Below are positions 43,265-54,170 of a DNA stretch of 64,000 nt, piece after piece; the stretch's first letter is position 1; every line of letters starts with the position of its first letter. A program made the translations under genes and the position numbers. The notes under the pieces are model-generated. The model saw only the letters and a program-made list of their open reading frames with translations, was not told the DNA's origin and made no database searches. The stretch comes from Trypanosoma brucei (Eukaryota): NCBI GenBank assembly GCA_000002445.1, contig CM000208.1, forward strand, positions 2,016,001 to 2,080,000. Reading direction: 5' to 3'.

Positions 43265-43676
43265 GCGAGCCTGGCTCTTTGTCTTCTTGCCGGTTCAGCA
43301 TTCCCCTGTCCCCAGGACAGGCGATAAAAGAAACAGGAGCCAATGAGATACAGTTGTGCCACAATTTCCCCTACTTTGTCTTGATTTCGTGTGAAGGGGG
43401 TTTCTGGTTGCGTCGTGTGTGTATGTTCGTTGACAATGTAGTCAGTTGGAAGCAAGGGGAGGTGAGTCGCATCTTTGTATATTTTCTGGTGTTTTCCGCG
43501 TTCTTGTCGTGAACACGTTGATTTTTGGGAAACATTAGCAAAGCGAGTGAGAAAGGCTCTGGAATGTGTCGCCATAGTTCCCATTAATACCGCCACTCGA
43601 TATGGTCAATGCCGCACTGTCGTTCATTATTTTTACCTTCCATCGTTTTTTTGTGCCTCTCTCTGGAGCTGTAGGT

Positions 43677-44561
43677 ATGCCGCCGACCCCATTACGTTTG
43701 ACGCTGTTTTCGCCATTGTTGCTTTTCTTGCTGACAGCTGGAACAGTGTGTGGGACGCCAGGCACGGACTACATACAGGTTCATTCGGTTTTCCCCCCCA
43801 TTTTGCGGAACTTCTGGGAGCATGGCATGCGGTTTTGGTCTTTTGGACTCAACACCGTCGTGACGGATAACTACATTCGTCTGACGGAAGGTAGGCGCAA
43901 CGTCAGTGGCTACATTTGGAATCGGCACTCCAACCGTATGGAGGCTTTTGAACTGAACGCCACACTGCAGGTCCAGAGGCACCATCGTGACTCGCAAACG
44001 ACCGCGTCTGAGGGCAGTGGTATGGCCATCTGGTACACTACGGTTGACCGATTTACTCGCAATGAGACTCAATTTTTTGGCTTCCGGCCGTCCTTTACGG
44101 GCGTTGGAGTCCTGTTGACTCATGCTGATGAAATCTCTTTGGTTGTTAACAACGGTACTACCACCATAGACACCCAGCACCTGACACGTAAACGACACGG
44201 TTACTGCCGCGTGCCACGCCTCGGGTCTGAGCATCTGACTATTACACTTCAGTACACTAACCAAACTTTCCGTGTGCTGTACACAGTGCACTTCACCAAG
44301 AAGGGGCGTGAACAAGATACTTGGGGCGCTCCTCACAGCACTGTCCTCTGTACCACTGGGCCTGCACCTCCGCTGGACAGCAGCTATTATTTTGGTGTCA
44401 CCGCCGCAAACACAGGTTTGAGCCAAGCAGCCCATGAACTCCGCAGCATAATCATGACTCCTCTTTCCAATATAACTCATCATGCGGAGGAGGAGAGCCT
44501 CGCGGCGCAGGCTCGCCTCTTTAAGGAGGACAACAAGGTTACACAGGAGTTAAGTGACTAA
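43677..44561 (+). CDS. L-type (legume-like) lectin domain protein, ERGIC-53/VIP36-like, with signal peptide (294 aa from MPPTPLRL)
   Basis: MPPTPLRLTLFSPLLLFLLTAGTVCGT signal. GSGMAIWYTTVDRF...FGFRPSFTGVGVLLTHADE parallels the ERGIC-53 carbohydrate-recognition blocks (DGLAIWYA ... FGSADLWNGVGIFFDSFDND). No C-terminal TM segment or KKFF seen before the stop. Confidence 0.5.
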   Translation: MPPTPLRLTLFSPLLLFLLTAGTVCGTPGTDYIQVHSVFPPILRNFWEHGMRFWSFGLNTVVTDNYIRLTEGRRNVSGYIWNRHSNRMEAFELNATLQVQRHHRDSQTTASEGSGMAIWYTTVDRFTRNETQFFGFRPSFTGVGVLLTHADEISLVVNNGTTTIDTQHLTRKRHGYCRVPRLGSEHLTITLQYTNQTFRVLYTVHFTKKGREQDTWGAPHSTVLCTTGPAPPLDSSYYFGVTAANTGLSQAAHELRSIIMTPLSNITHHAEEESLAAQARLFKEDNKVTQELSD

Positions 44562-44658
44562 GCGATGTCAGGTGTGGGCGTTCAGAAGTATGCAGTGGGT
44601 AGAGTTGTACGGTGTTGAACGTCCATGTTAGTGCAATTTGTGCCATCGTGCAGTCGTT

Positions 44659-44671
44659 GGGGGGGGGGGGG
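44659..44671 (+). repeat. G13 run on the coding (+) strand in the lectin / next-gene intergenic region
   Basis: cagtcgttgggggggggggggactgc read directly. Confidence 0.9.
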
Positions 44672-45041
44672 ACTGCTCCTTTTAGCATGCGTACGCCTCC
44701 CTTCCACATATGCATGTACCGGGTGAAGTTTTTAGTTCCTATGTTTTGCGCTCCCCTCTGGTATTTGTTCTGTTTCTTATTCTTGTGAACTCGGCCTCGT
44801 TTGAGGAAGGATGTGCGGCTCAATTGTGCACTACATTTTATATATCCCGATGGAGTACGCATAAACGTGCATGTGGCTTTTCTGCCTACCGCGTTCAACA
44901 GACAAGTTTGCGCGTGCCCCAGCGTGCAGGATTTCTTGGCGTTTTCCCGGTGTTCTTACTTGCACACCTTTCCTCCCTGTGCCTGCGTTGAAATAACCTC
45001 TTCAATCGGTACGTAGTAAGATAAGCAAGCGGACGTTACTA

Positions 45042-45758
45042 ATGGACCGGAGCGAGACATTCAAGGTCTTTTGTGAGCGCGTGGAGGCATTTTTGGGAAA
45101 AGGCGTTGGTATCGACCTAGTGCTGAAGTGTATGCTGGGGTTAACTCGCCTGCGGATGGTTAACGCTTCCGATGAGGCGACGAAAGAGGTTTACGCGGGG
45201 TTTGCCATGGCTGTTATCAATGGTCGTATGCTTGGGAACCACTTCCGTTACCCGTCCTCTTTTAGTCTAGCCCTGAGAACGTTTAAAGCGAAGGAGGGAC
45301 CGCTCTTCCACTGGTTTTTGTTCGGCTTGTCTTTCCTCCTGCGGACGTTTGAGCAAATGACGGGTGACCTCAACTACTACCAGATGATTATAATGAGACA
45401 CTGGAGCCGGTCACGTCTGTCACATACCTATTGGTTCTTCAAGTCGCTTTCGCTTACGTGTCTGCTTCTAGACGAAGTCCTCTTGTTGAGGTTGGAACTG
45501 CGATCCCCTCAATGGAGGGAGAAGACTTCTGAAGAGCGCTCCTCATTTTTGAGAAGAAAGGTCATTTCCGTAATGCGCTGCTTGTTAGACATGTGCATGT
45601 ACTACCAGTGGGTGCCATGGTACAATCCTTACAAGACTCTGCAGTACTGTTGTGTAACAGCTAGTGGGTTTCTCGGTGTGTACTCCGGATGGGGTGATGT
45701 ATGTGACTCCCTTGCGGCGTCCAAGGCACGGCGAGTCGATAGCATTAAAGCAGACTAA
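45042..45758 (+). CDS. Hypothetical membrane protein (238 aa)
   Basis: Two hydrophobic segments (HWFLFGLSFLLRTF; YWFFKSLSLTCLLLDEVLLL). ORF in transcription-unit orientation. A PEX11-like fold was considered but is not supported. Confidence 0.4.
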   Translation: MDRSETFKVFCERVEAFLGKGVGIDLVLKCMLGLTRLRMVNASDEATKEVYAGFAMAVINGRMLGNHFRYPSSFSLALRTFKAKEGPLFHWFLFGLSFLLRTFEQMTGDLNYYQMIIMRHWSRSRLSHTYWFFKSLSLTCLLLDEVLLLRLELRSPQWREKTSEERSSFLRRKVISVMRCLLDMCMYYQWVPWYNPYKTLQYCCVTASGFLGVYSGWGDVCDSLAASKARRVDSIKAD

Positions 45759-46871
45759 CAAGGGATGGCATAACTTGTGTTTACCTGTTAACGAATCTTA
45801 GTTCAATCACAGGACGAAATGTATTTACGTCTCCACCCCCCTTTTTTAACTTCTGATAACTCACCTTCTGTTGGTCCACTATGTAGCGTTGATGTTTATT
45901 GGAGGTGTATTATGGCGGCTGATTGTACCGGCTAAGACAGCGGGAAGAATGGTGGAACACATGCACTGGTGCACACGTGCATACCAAATTTACACAACAT
46001 AGGGAGGGGATGATGGGGTTAACTTCATCAAATTGTTCTTACCATGACAGAAGATTTCGTAGATCTTAACGGGCGAGGGAGGGGAAATCAACGTTTAAAT
46101 CACAAAGGGAGGGAGAATGTATACGCAAAGGTGTTTAGTTGTATCGGGCACTGACAACGCAACGCCTTCGTGTAGTCTTCTTCGGTAATATTTCCAGGCA
46201 CTACGGGGGTTCCTGCAATGGTGGCGCTCCCTTTTGCATTGAGAGAGGATGGCACTCTTTGGGGTTACACCGTGCTCGGCACGCTACCACTATTGTCGTT
46301 TGCAGCTGGGTTGTGCTCAGAAGAAATTGGTTGCATGTCCGTGGATTAGTGCGTTCATGCGGCCGATCTCTTTTTTTTCTTTTGTGCCCGACGTTGTCAT
46401 GGGCCCCTGGTAAGGGGGAACGCTTTTCTGACCTCGGTGCGCAATACACCTCCTGAGTTTTCTGGGATGTGATGTGCTCTAGGGACTCGGGGATGAGCGA
46501 AGGAGTGACTGTGCTGGCCTTGGGGAGGGTGTAGGTAGAGGAGGAGGGTGCGGTAGGGCTTTGTGAGTCTACCCATGTTCCTGTTTGTGGCGATGGGATT
46601 CGGCCGCTCACCTGAGATCTCTGTATCTCTTTTTCTTTACTCACCTCCCGTCGCGTGTGATCGTTAGTTTAGCGGAGATTTTGTTTGTTTTACATATTTA
46701 CACCGTACCCCTTTTGGCACTGCTCTCGCTAACTTGTTGTTTTTTCCTTGCTGCTGCTTCCGACACCGTTGTGTATGATTTCGGCTTTTTGATCCCTTAC
46801 ATTTTGAATTTAGATACGGGTCTGTGTTTCGTGTTGGGGGTGGCTTTTCAGAAGATCGGGGGGCCAGTGAC

Positions 46872-49800
46872 ATGGAGGGCTGCGCCCATCCGTTAACAAG
46901 CCAGCTACAGCCCATTTTCAGCGAATTACATTCTGGGAAGTTGGCGACGCTGTCATCTACTATTTCGAAGCTGGAAAACGTTCTTAAGGACCAAGGTGAC
47001 GGCTTCTTCCAAAGTAACTCCGAATGTCAGTCCAGGGAGGCCAACTTGAGACTTTCGGTTTGGATTAGCTCCCAAATAGGACAGCTTTTTAGGAGACCAG
47101 AGACTCAACGTGCCGCGATATTGTGTGTCAAAACGCTCCTAGATGTGGAGTATGAGGCCATCAACAACTTGGACCAGACGTTTCTTAGGCTTCTGGAAGA
47201 CTCTGTGAAGTGTGCTGACATGAGCGTCTCGAGGATGGCTGCAGAGGTGTGGGGACTCTGGCTGAACAATAGTGGCACTTCTACCGAAGGAATTGCACAG
47301 TCCAGACTGAAAATTTGTTTTGCCGATCTTCGGGAATCGGACAAAGTAATGGATAAGGTTGCTGCGTGCCTGTTTCTTGAGGAGCTCCTTAAGCGCACCC
47401 CGTCGACTGTTGCACCGTTGCTCGACGTCGTTGCCGAATGTCTTCATCCGGCAGTTCTTAGTTCCTCGGATCTCGTTCAGGCAAGCGCGGCAACAGCTCT
47501 GCGGTACGTTCTGTTGCTTATGTATACATCGATGAATCCGAGTGGAATCAAAAAGTGGTATGAAACATTTTTAAGTGCTTCGCTTGATGCTCTGAGATCA
47601 GGTGCCCCTGAGCGCCGCACTGGTGCCATTCGTTGCTTCAACGCTGTTATGTCATCCGTCACGAGCAATGTCTCTGCGTGCGACACGGCTGTGACTTTTT
47701 CAGAAACATCGGTTGCTCACGTTCATGAGATATGGGAATATGTCAGTGAGCAAGTGACGCTCACCAGCACGCTGGAGCTGAGGCGGGAGCTTCTACAGTC
47801 GTTAACTATACTTGCACTGTATGACACTGAGGCGTTTAAGAGGATGTCTATTGCAAAAGTTGTGGAAGCGGCTTCTGGTGTCTTCCAGACGCCGACAGAA
47901 AAAGATTTGGAGCCGTTAGTGTTCCAAACCCTGGGAAAGCTCGCAGGAGTTATGCCAGATCAAATAGTCACATTTCTTGGTTGTTCAATGCGTCATATTG
48001 AAGAGGTACTGAAACAAGGGAGGCATGATGCGTGCGGTTTGGGGGCCATTGCGTGTGTTGCTGCGTTCGCAGAAGTGAATCCCAGGGCGGTGCGACCGTA
48101 CCTGCGGCAGATTCTTGCACCCATTCTTTCCGGGTCGCTTACTGTTGACTTTGCGAAGGGCGTTGCCCGCATTTGTGCGGCGTTTCCCGAACTGCGGTCC
48201 ACATGCCTGTCGAAGATATTGGAGGTAGCAAAGAAACAACTGCGAGACGACCGGTGTAACGCAGGCGGCGCGGGTGCTTTGTGCGATGGAGGAGTCAGTC
48301 CCGCAGCACAGATTCTCAGCGCTCTAAGTAATCTCGAGTTTGCTGGGTATCCTACTTTGCCCTTTCTGTGTGACACGGCCGTTGCTTACGTTTCGGTCCC
48401 TAACGGAGAGGTTCGACGTGCCGCAATAAAGCTTTGCTTTAAGCTTGTGTTATCTGGTTGTCTAGGCCCGCAGTCGCCTTGTAGGCAAACTTCTGATGGT
48501 GTTGTCATACATAGCGGCTGTGAGCATACTCAACTTTTCAACAAAGTAATCAAAAAACTGGTGAACGCTGCGGTAGCAGACCCGGAGAGTGACATCAGAC
48601 TTGACACTTTGAGAAACTTTACGGAGGAATTTGACCATACGCTTGCTCTCCGTGATGTTGTGAGGTCTCTGTTTCCTGCCTTGCATGACAAACACCAGAA
48701 CAGATTGGCGGTTGTCCGTCTTCTTGGTCGGGTGTCGCGTAGGAACCCAGCACATGTTTATCCTATGCTAAGGAGAATTATGGTGCAGTGTGTGACCGAA
48801 ATGCAATACTTCGAGCATGCGAAGAAGCAAGAGCAGGCCTTTTCCGTGCTGGGTGCCATAATTGAATCTGCGCCTGGCTTGGGTAAGCCTTATATATCGT
48901 CCTTGCTCAACATGTGTGCAGCAAGACTGAGCGATGGGACGCGGGAAGCGGACGTCTGCGCAGCTTTGCTGTCATGTGTGGGGAAACTCGTCCGTTATGC
49001 TGAAGGTGACGACATTCGCGTTTGTGCTCGAATACGACCCATCGTTGTTCAACACATCTTAGATTCGTCACATTTACCGAAGAAAAGGGAGGCGCTACGT
49101 GCTCTCGGTGATATCGTTCGTACGACAAAGGACGTTAACGTTTACGAGGACCACGCAGAACTCCTTCCTGTGCTCCTTCAAGCATTGCACGGTGGATTTA
49201 AAGAACTGTGGCCTGTCAGGAAAGATGTGCTTCAGTTAATGGGGATAATTGGTGCTGTTGACCCTGTTCGGGTAAAGGAAATCCTCCGGGGGTCTCGTGT
49301 TAACAATAATACGAAATTGGTACCTTTCCTTCCGTTTGAGGGTGAAGATACCATTGCCCAGACGGTTGTGCGGAGCGTCTTGCATATTCTTTCTCTTCCG
49401 TCACTAACAGAGGATCAAAGTGTGGCTGCTGTGCAGGTTATCGTTGGCATTTTTTCACTGGAGGTGCTTTCCCCCGGCTGTCTTGTTTCGTTCTACGGTG
49501 AGGTGATTTCTTCCATCCAAAAGCAAGCTCGAGTACAAGTGCGCAAACGGGAGGAAATTTTGGTGCACCTCATCTCACTTGTTCGCATTCTGAAGGGACA
49601 TCTTCGCCCTCATCTTAAGGAAATCACATCTACTGTTGATTCCTTCATTTCTGCCACCGACCTGTCCGTTCTGAGGCAGGTTTTAGCGTTGCTAAAGGAG
49701 CTGTGCTGCTCTCTTCGTGAGGAGTTTCGACCGTATATGTCGTCTCTCCTCGGTCCAATAATAGTCCTTGTGGAAGAAAATGTGGAGGAAACCAGTGAAA

Positions 49801-52800
49801 TTGTGCTTGACTTCTTCTCGGCTATGGGTTCCCTATTGGAGGACCACCTCCATACCGTCTTGCCGGTCGTGTGCAACATCATTGTAGATACTTCTGTGCC
49901 ATCTAGGTGTCGGATTGTTGCGGTGAAAACACTCATTTGCTTTACGAAGAGGCTACCTGATCTCTGTTTCCACGCCTCCCGCTGCGTGCACTGTCTGTGC
50001 CGTGTGCTAAGGGAATCCGACGGCGGAGATGGGGTGGGCGATGAGGGGAGACTGGGGTTTTCCGCGATGGAGGCCTTGTGCACACTCGCGGGAAGTTTGG
50101 GGAAGAACTTCGAAAACTTTGTCCTGGTCGTTTTACCGGCGGTAGCAGACCGCTACGGGGAGACAAGCGGGGAGTACTGTCGCTTTTGCCATGATATTTA
50201 TGAGGCCATCGATGGAAAGAGGGCCCCTGAAGTTTCATCGAACGGCGTGGGCAAAGCTGGTGGCGGTGGTGCACCTTCGCTTCCTTTCACCGCAGGGACG
50301 AGCGCATCACCGTTAAAGGATCGTGCCGACGCATACGCTTCTCTCCGGTTTCACCTCCGGAAGCGGGACCAGGCTAGTGACGAAGATTGGAACCATTGGC
50401 TACCGCAGCTTGCAGTGAACTTGCTGCGATCAAGCTCGTCTCCTTCACATGGCCGTGCTCTGACTCTTGCCGAACTGCATGAGCCCTTTGCACGACAGAT
50501 GCTGCACTCCGCTTTTGCCGCTTGCTATGCCGACATGGATGAACATACACAACGTGAGGTGGTTGGGTTACTCACTGAGGTTTTGCGCGGGCTGCGGGTA
50601 CCCAGTGAGGTTATGCAAGAGCTACTCAACCTGTCGGAGCATATGGAGCGTCAGGGGATTCGTCTAAGCGCCGGCGGGAAGGCAAGCATAAAGCATTCCT
50701 CTAACTTTTGCCCTTTCGACCGCCAAGTTCTTATGGAGAGTAGTGCAAATTGCAATTTGTACTCCAAGGCACTACATTACGCTGAGATCGAATTTTTTGA
50801 GACGGTTCGCGAGTACGAGCGGAGTATTCTTCGAGGTTGCCCAAAGCCTCTTCCTGTTAAGGATTGGCAGAATCTTATAAAACTCTGTGAGAAAAGTATC
50901 TACTTCTGTAACCTTCTTGGACAGCGAGAGAGCGCAAATGGCATACTTAAATTCATTCGGCAGAATCTACCGTTATTAACAGGGAAAAAAGTGACAGAGC
51001 TGTCCCAAATGATGGATGCGCACCTCTTTGACAAGCTGCGGTGGTGGTCGCAAAGCCTGCAGGCATACGAGCGGCGCTTACAGCAGGAACCAAACAAGGT
51101 TTCCAACATGGTTGGTTTACTAAGGGCACTCGATGCCTTAGGTGAGTACCCGCGCGTGTTGGAAATGTGGAGGCAGTTCTCTAAGCGAGTCAGCAAAAGA
51201 GAAGTCTCCAAATTGGCGTCGATGGGCGCCCACGCGGCTTGGCTCCTGAGACGTTGGGACGATATGGAACACATCACGAGTTTTATGTCTGACGAAGACT
51301 ACACAGGGACAACCGCTCTTTTCTATAAGGCTACGCTAGCAGCGCGTAAAAAAAGGTTCCGTGAGGCGGAGAAGTTGATCGACATGTGCCGCAAGCGCGT
51401 CGACTCCAAGCTGTCCGCTCTTGTTGCGGAGAGCTACGATCGTGCATATGACCTTTTCGTCGGCATTCAACAGTTGAGTGAGCTGGAAGAGCTTGCGATG
51501 GCCACTAGTGATCCACAGAGCGCCATGCATTGGAGGCAACTGTGGGAGCGCCGACTGTCCGTAATGGCTTACGAGGGGTGGCCCGGCACGCTAGCGAATC
51601 ATACCCTTTTGGTGCCTCCATCAAGTGAGATCGATATGTGGTTGCGTTTTGTTAGTTTGAGCCGTGCACATGGTCAAGGGAGTGTCTCCACTGAAGTTTT
51701 ACGCGAGTTACTTGGCAACCAATCTATAGAGTCTGCTATAGAAAACGGAATACCGACTCCCGCTGTTGCAATGGGATCATTTCAACACCTCTATGAAACG
51801 AACCAGAGGGACTCAGCGATTGCAAGACTGCAGCTGTACGTGAGCAAGGTGGAGGGCTCTGGAGCACAGCACGTCAGTAGGGAACGAGAGGATATGGCCG
51901 TTTGTCACGCCAAATTGGCGGAGTGGTTGGTTCATCAAAAGAAGGCACATCGTACGGAGGACGAATTGCAAAAAATTTTTCATCACCTCCGTCGCGCCAC
52001 TGAGTTGGACAAAAGCAACGGCTCGATTTGGCGCACGTTAGCGCGTGTACACCGTGAGGCGGCTACCAAACCCGCTGACGGATCCGACTCCTCGGGTGCA
52101 AGTGGCCACATCATGGAGGCCCTCAGTGCCTATTTGCGGAGTGTGTCCCTCTCCGAGGAACTAGAAGATGCCCTTGGGTTTCTTTCCCTTTGGTTCATGT
52201 ATGGACCTCTTCTGGCTGTGCAGGTGGGCTCGACCCTCAAGGAGGAAATTGAGGAGGTTAACCCGACTGTGTGGCTCAAAGTGATTCCGCAGATCATAGC
52301 GCGTATATCTTCACCCAACGGTACCGTAGCGGATTCTGTTTATAATCTTCTCGTGTTGGTCGCAAGAAGGCATCCGCAAGCCATTCTCTACAGCCTGAAC
52401 GTCGCCCACTCAAGTTATCAGGGGAAGGGTACGGCAGACGGTGTGGAGCCCTTGAAGGGTTCTCATCGAGTACTTGCTCGAATTGCGGAGATTCACCAGA
52501 ACGGTAAGGCGATGGTCGAAGACTCCGCACTTGTTTGCCGTGAGTTGGTTCGCTGCGCTGTGCTCTGGCCCGAGCTGTGGATCAACGAACTAGGGAGAGC
52601 TTTATACCAGTGGGAAAGACAAAGAAGCGCAGAGAATCTCTTGTTGGCGATGGGACCGTTACTGGAACAGCTCAAGAGACCTGAGACAATGGCGGAGGCG
52701 CAGTTTGCTGCGGAGCTCAGGCAACCACTCGAGAATGCATGCTGCCATGTTGAGAGGGCTGTTTCTTCTCGCCATGAACAATTTATGGAGGAGGCACGAC

Positions 52801-54170
52801 GTATTTTTGTTTCTATAGAGAGAAGAATACGTGAACAGATTAGTGGAATGTCATCGTTGGCATTGCAGTTGGTAAGCCCTAAACTGCACCAAAACGGGAG
52901 AAACTTGTCATTGGTTGTGCCAGGTCAGTACAGGGAGGACGGAAACTATCCCCTGATTGCTTCCTTTCAGAATGTTCTGAAGGTGCTTAACTCAAAACAG
53001 CGGCCTCGGCGTATTTACATCAACGGGTCGAATGGCGAGATCTACAAGTTCTTGCTGAAGGGTCATGAGGATCTACGTTTGGATGAAAGGGTTATGCAGT
53101 TACTTGGGTTTGTCAACACTATTCTTGAGAAGCATTCGGTTGCAAAGCGCCATGACTGCCTTATCCAGACGTACTCAGTCACCCCTCTTAGCGATAATGC
53201 TGGACTGGTAGGTTGGGTGGACCACTGCGACACACTGAACAAAATCATTGAGGATTATAGAGTGAATCCCAGGTGTATTAGGATGGAGCTTGACCTTATG
53301 AGAAGTATGTGTGACAATCTGTACTATCTTACCGCCATTCAACGTGTGGAGCCGTTTGAGTTTGCGTTGGAGCGAACTGAGGGAGTGGATCTCGTTCGCT
53401 CCTTCTGGGTGAAAGCTCCCAGCGCGGAGACGTGGCTTGAGAGGAGGACGACATACGTTTGCTCACTCGCCACCATGTCTATGGTGGGGCATATATTAGG
53501 ACTGGGTGACCGTCACCCTTCAAACCTTATGATACACGCATTTAGCGGGAGAGTGGTGCACATTGACTTCGGCGACTGCTTTGAAGTGGCGCAGCAGCGA
53601 AGCATTCACCCTGAAAAGGTACCGTTTCGACTTACTCGTATGTTGGTTAAGGCAATGGAAATGGGGGGAATAGAAGGTCTCTTTCGGCATGGGTGTCACA
53701 CAGTGATGAATGTTTTGCGTGAAGAGGGTGGTAGTCTCTTAGCATTACTTGAGGCATTTGTTCACGACCCCTTGGTGTCTTGGTGGCGTGATGAGGCTGA
53801 GGGTTTTAGTGGGAACGGCCAAGCCGCTTCATCGGTACAAACAATCTCGGTTATAGGCTCCATGACGAACGTTGCTGAGGAGGACAGCGTGGGGAGTCTG
53901 CAGTTGTCACAGTTGTCGGTGCAACGGCGAGCAACCACTCAGCAGCGCGTGAATGCCAACATCGAAAAGGACACTAGTCAGACTCGCAAACCTAAAAGTG
54001 TCGTCAAACGTATTAAAAGGAAGTTAAGGGGTCTGGAGTTTCCTCAATCACAGGAGGGTAAGGGCAGCGATGGTTTTACAGTGGAGGAACAAGTGTCGAG
54101 GTTGATTGAAGAAGCAACTTCTAACGAAAACCTTTGCGTTCACTTCCTCGGGTGGTGCCCTTTCTGGTAG
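46872..54170 (+). CDS. TOR1: Target of rapamycin (TOR) phosphatidylinositol-3-kinase-related kinase: HEAT/FAT, FRB-like region, PI3K catalytic domain, FATC (2432 aa from MEGCAHP)
   Basis: Catalytic loop GLGDRHPSNLMI and activation segment HIDFGDCFE. Tail LCVHFLGWCPFW* (canonical FATC). Long HEAT-repeat N-terminus. Length from the second Met (2432 aa) matches my recollection of TbTOR1 on chr10. The track ORF begins 16 codons earlier (MFRVGG...). Confidence 0.9.
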   Translation: MEGCAHPLTSQLQPIFSELHSGKLATLSSTISKLENVLKDQGDGFFQSNSECQSREANLRLSVWISSQIGQLFRRPETQRAAILCVKTLLDVEYEAINNLDQTFLRLLEDSVKCADMSVSRMAAEVWGLWLNNSGTSTEGIAQSRLKICFADLRESDKVMDKVAACLFLEELLKRTPSTVAPLLDVVAECLHPAVLSSSDLVQASAATALRYVLLLMYTSMNPSGIKKWYETFLSASLDALRSGAPERRTGAIRCFNAVMSSVTSNVSACDTAVTFSETSVAHVHEIWEYVSEQVTLTSTLELRRELLQSLTILALYDTEAFKRMSIAKVVEAASGVFQTPTEKDLEPLVFQTLGKLAGVMPDQIVTFLGCSMRHIEEVLKQGRHDACGLGAIACVAAFAEVNPRAVRPYLRQILAPILSGSLTVDFAKGVARICAAFPELRSTCLSKILEVAKKQLRDDRCNAGGAGALCDGGVSPAAQILSALSNLEFAGYPTLPFLCDTAVAYVSVPNGEVRRAAIKLCFKLVLSGCLGPQSPCRQTSDGVVIHSGCEHTQLFNKVIKKLVNAAVADPESDIRLDTLRNFTEEFDHTLALRDVVRSLFPALHDKHQNRLAVVRLLGRVSRRNPAHVYPMLRRIMVQCVTEMQYFEHAKKQEQAFSVLGAIIESAPGLGKPYISSLLNMCAARLSDGTREADVCAALLSCVGKLVRYAEGDDIRVCARIRPIVVQHILDSSHLPKKREALRALGDIVRTTKDVNVYEDHAELLPVLLQALHGGFKELWPVRKDVLQLMGIIGAVDPVRVKEILRGSRVNNNTKLVPFLPFEGEDTIAQTVVRSVLHILSLPSLTEDQSVAAVQVIVGIFSLEVLSPGCLVSFYGEVISSIQKQARVQVRKREEILVHLISLVRILKGHLRPHLKEITSTVDSFISATDLSVLRQVLALLKELCCSLREEFRPYMSSLLGPIIVLVEENVEETSEIVLDFFSAMGSLLEDHLHTVLPVVCNIIVDTSVPSRCRIVAVKTLICFTKRLPDLCFHASRCVHCLCRVLRESDGGDGVGDEGRLGFSAMEALCTLAGSLGKNFENFVLVVLPAVADRYGETSGEYCRFCHDIYEAIDGKRAPEVSSNGVGKAGGGGAPSLPFTAGTSASPLKDRADAYASLRFHLRKRDQASDEDWNHWLPQLAVNLLRSSSSPSHGRALTLAELHEPFARQMLHSAFAACYADMDEHTQREVVGLLTEVLRGLRVPSEVMQELLNLSEHMERQGIRLSAGGKASIKHSSNFCPFDRQVLMESSANCNLYSKALHYAEIEFFETVREYERSILRGCPKPLPVKDWQNLIKLCEKSIYFCNLLGQRESANGILKFIRQNLPLLTGKKVTELSQMMDAHLFDKLRWWSQSLQAYERRLQQEPNKVSNMVGLLRALDALGEYPRVLEMWRQFSKRVSKREVSKLASMGAHAAWLLRRWDDMEHITSFMSDEDYTGTTALFYKATLAARKKRFREAEKLIDMCRKRVDSKLSALVAESYDRAYDLFVGIQQLSELEELAMATSDPQSAMHWRQLWERRLSVMAYEGWPGTLANHTLLVPPSSEIDMWLRFVSLSRAHGQGSVSTEVLRELLGNQSIESAIENGIPTPAVAMGSFQHLYETNQRDSAIARLQLYVSKVEGSGAQHVSREREDMAVCHAKLAEWLVHQKKAHRTEDELQKIFHHLRRATELDKSNGSIWRTLARVHREAATKPADGSDSSGASGHIMEALSAYLRSVSLSEELEDALGFLSLWFMYGPLLAVQVGSTLKEEIEEVNPTVWLKVIPQIIARISSPNGTVADSVYNLLVLVARRHPQAILYSLNVAHSSYQGKGTADGVEPLKGSHRVLARIAEIHQNGKAMVEDSALVCRELVRCAVLWPELWINELGRALYQWERQRSAENLLLAMGPLLEQLKRPETMAEAQFAAELRQPLENACCHVERAVSSRHEQFMEEARRIFVSIERRIREQISGMSSLALQLVSPKLHQNGRNLSLVVPGQYREDGNYPLIASFQNVLKVLNSKQRPRRIYINGSNGEIYKFLLKGHEDLRLDERVMQLLGFVNTILEKHSVAKRHDCLIQTYSVTPLSDNAGLVGWVDHCDTLNKIIEDYRVNPRCIRMELDLMRSMCDNLYYLTAIQRVEPFEFALERTEGVDLVRSFWVKAPSAETWLERRTTYVCSLATMSMVGHILGLGDRHPSNLMIHAFSGRVVHIDFGDCFEVAQQRSIHPEKVPFRLTRMLVKAMEMGGIEGLFRHGCHTVMNVLREEGGSLLALLEAFVHDPLVSWWRDEAEGFSGNGQAASSVQTISVIGSMTNVAEEDSVGSLQLSQLSVQRRATTQQRVNANIEKDTSQTRKPKSVVKRIKRKLRGLEFPQSQEGKGSDGFTVEEQVSRLIEEATSNENLCVHFLGWCPFW

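Noticed and set aside
45042-45758. Possible PEX11-family assignment for the 238-aa membrane protein
   Set aside because: Only a general resemblance (size, two C-terminal hydrophobic segments). No diagnostic motif recognised, so left as hypothetical.
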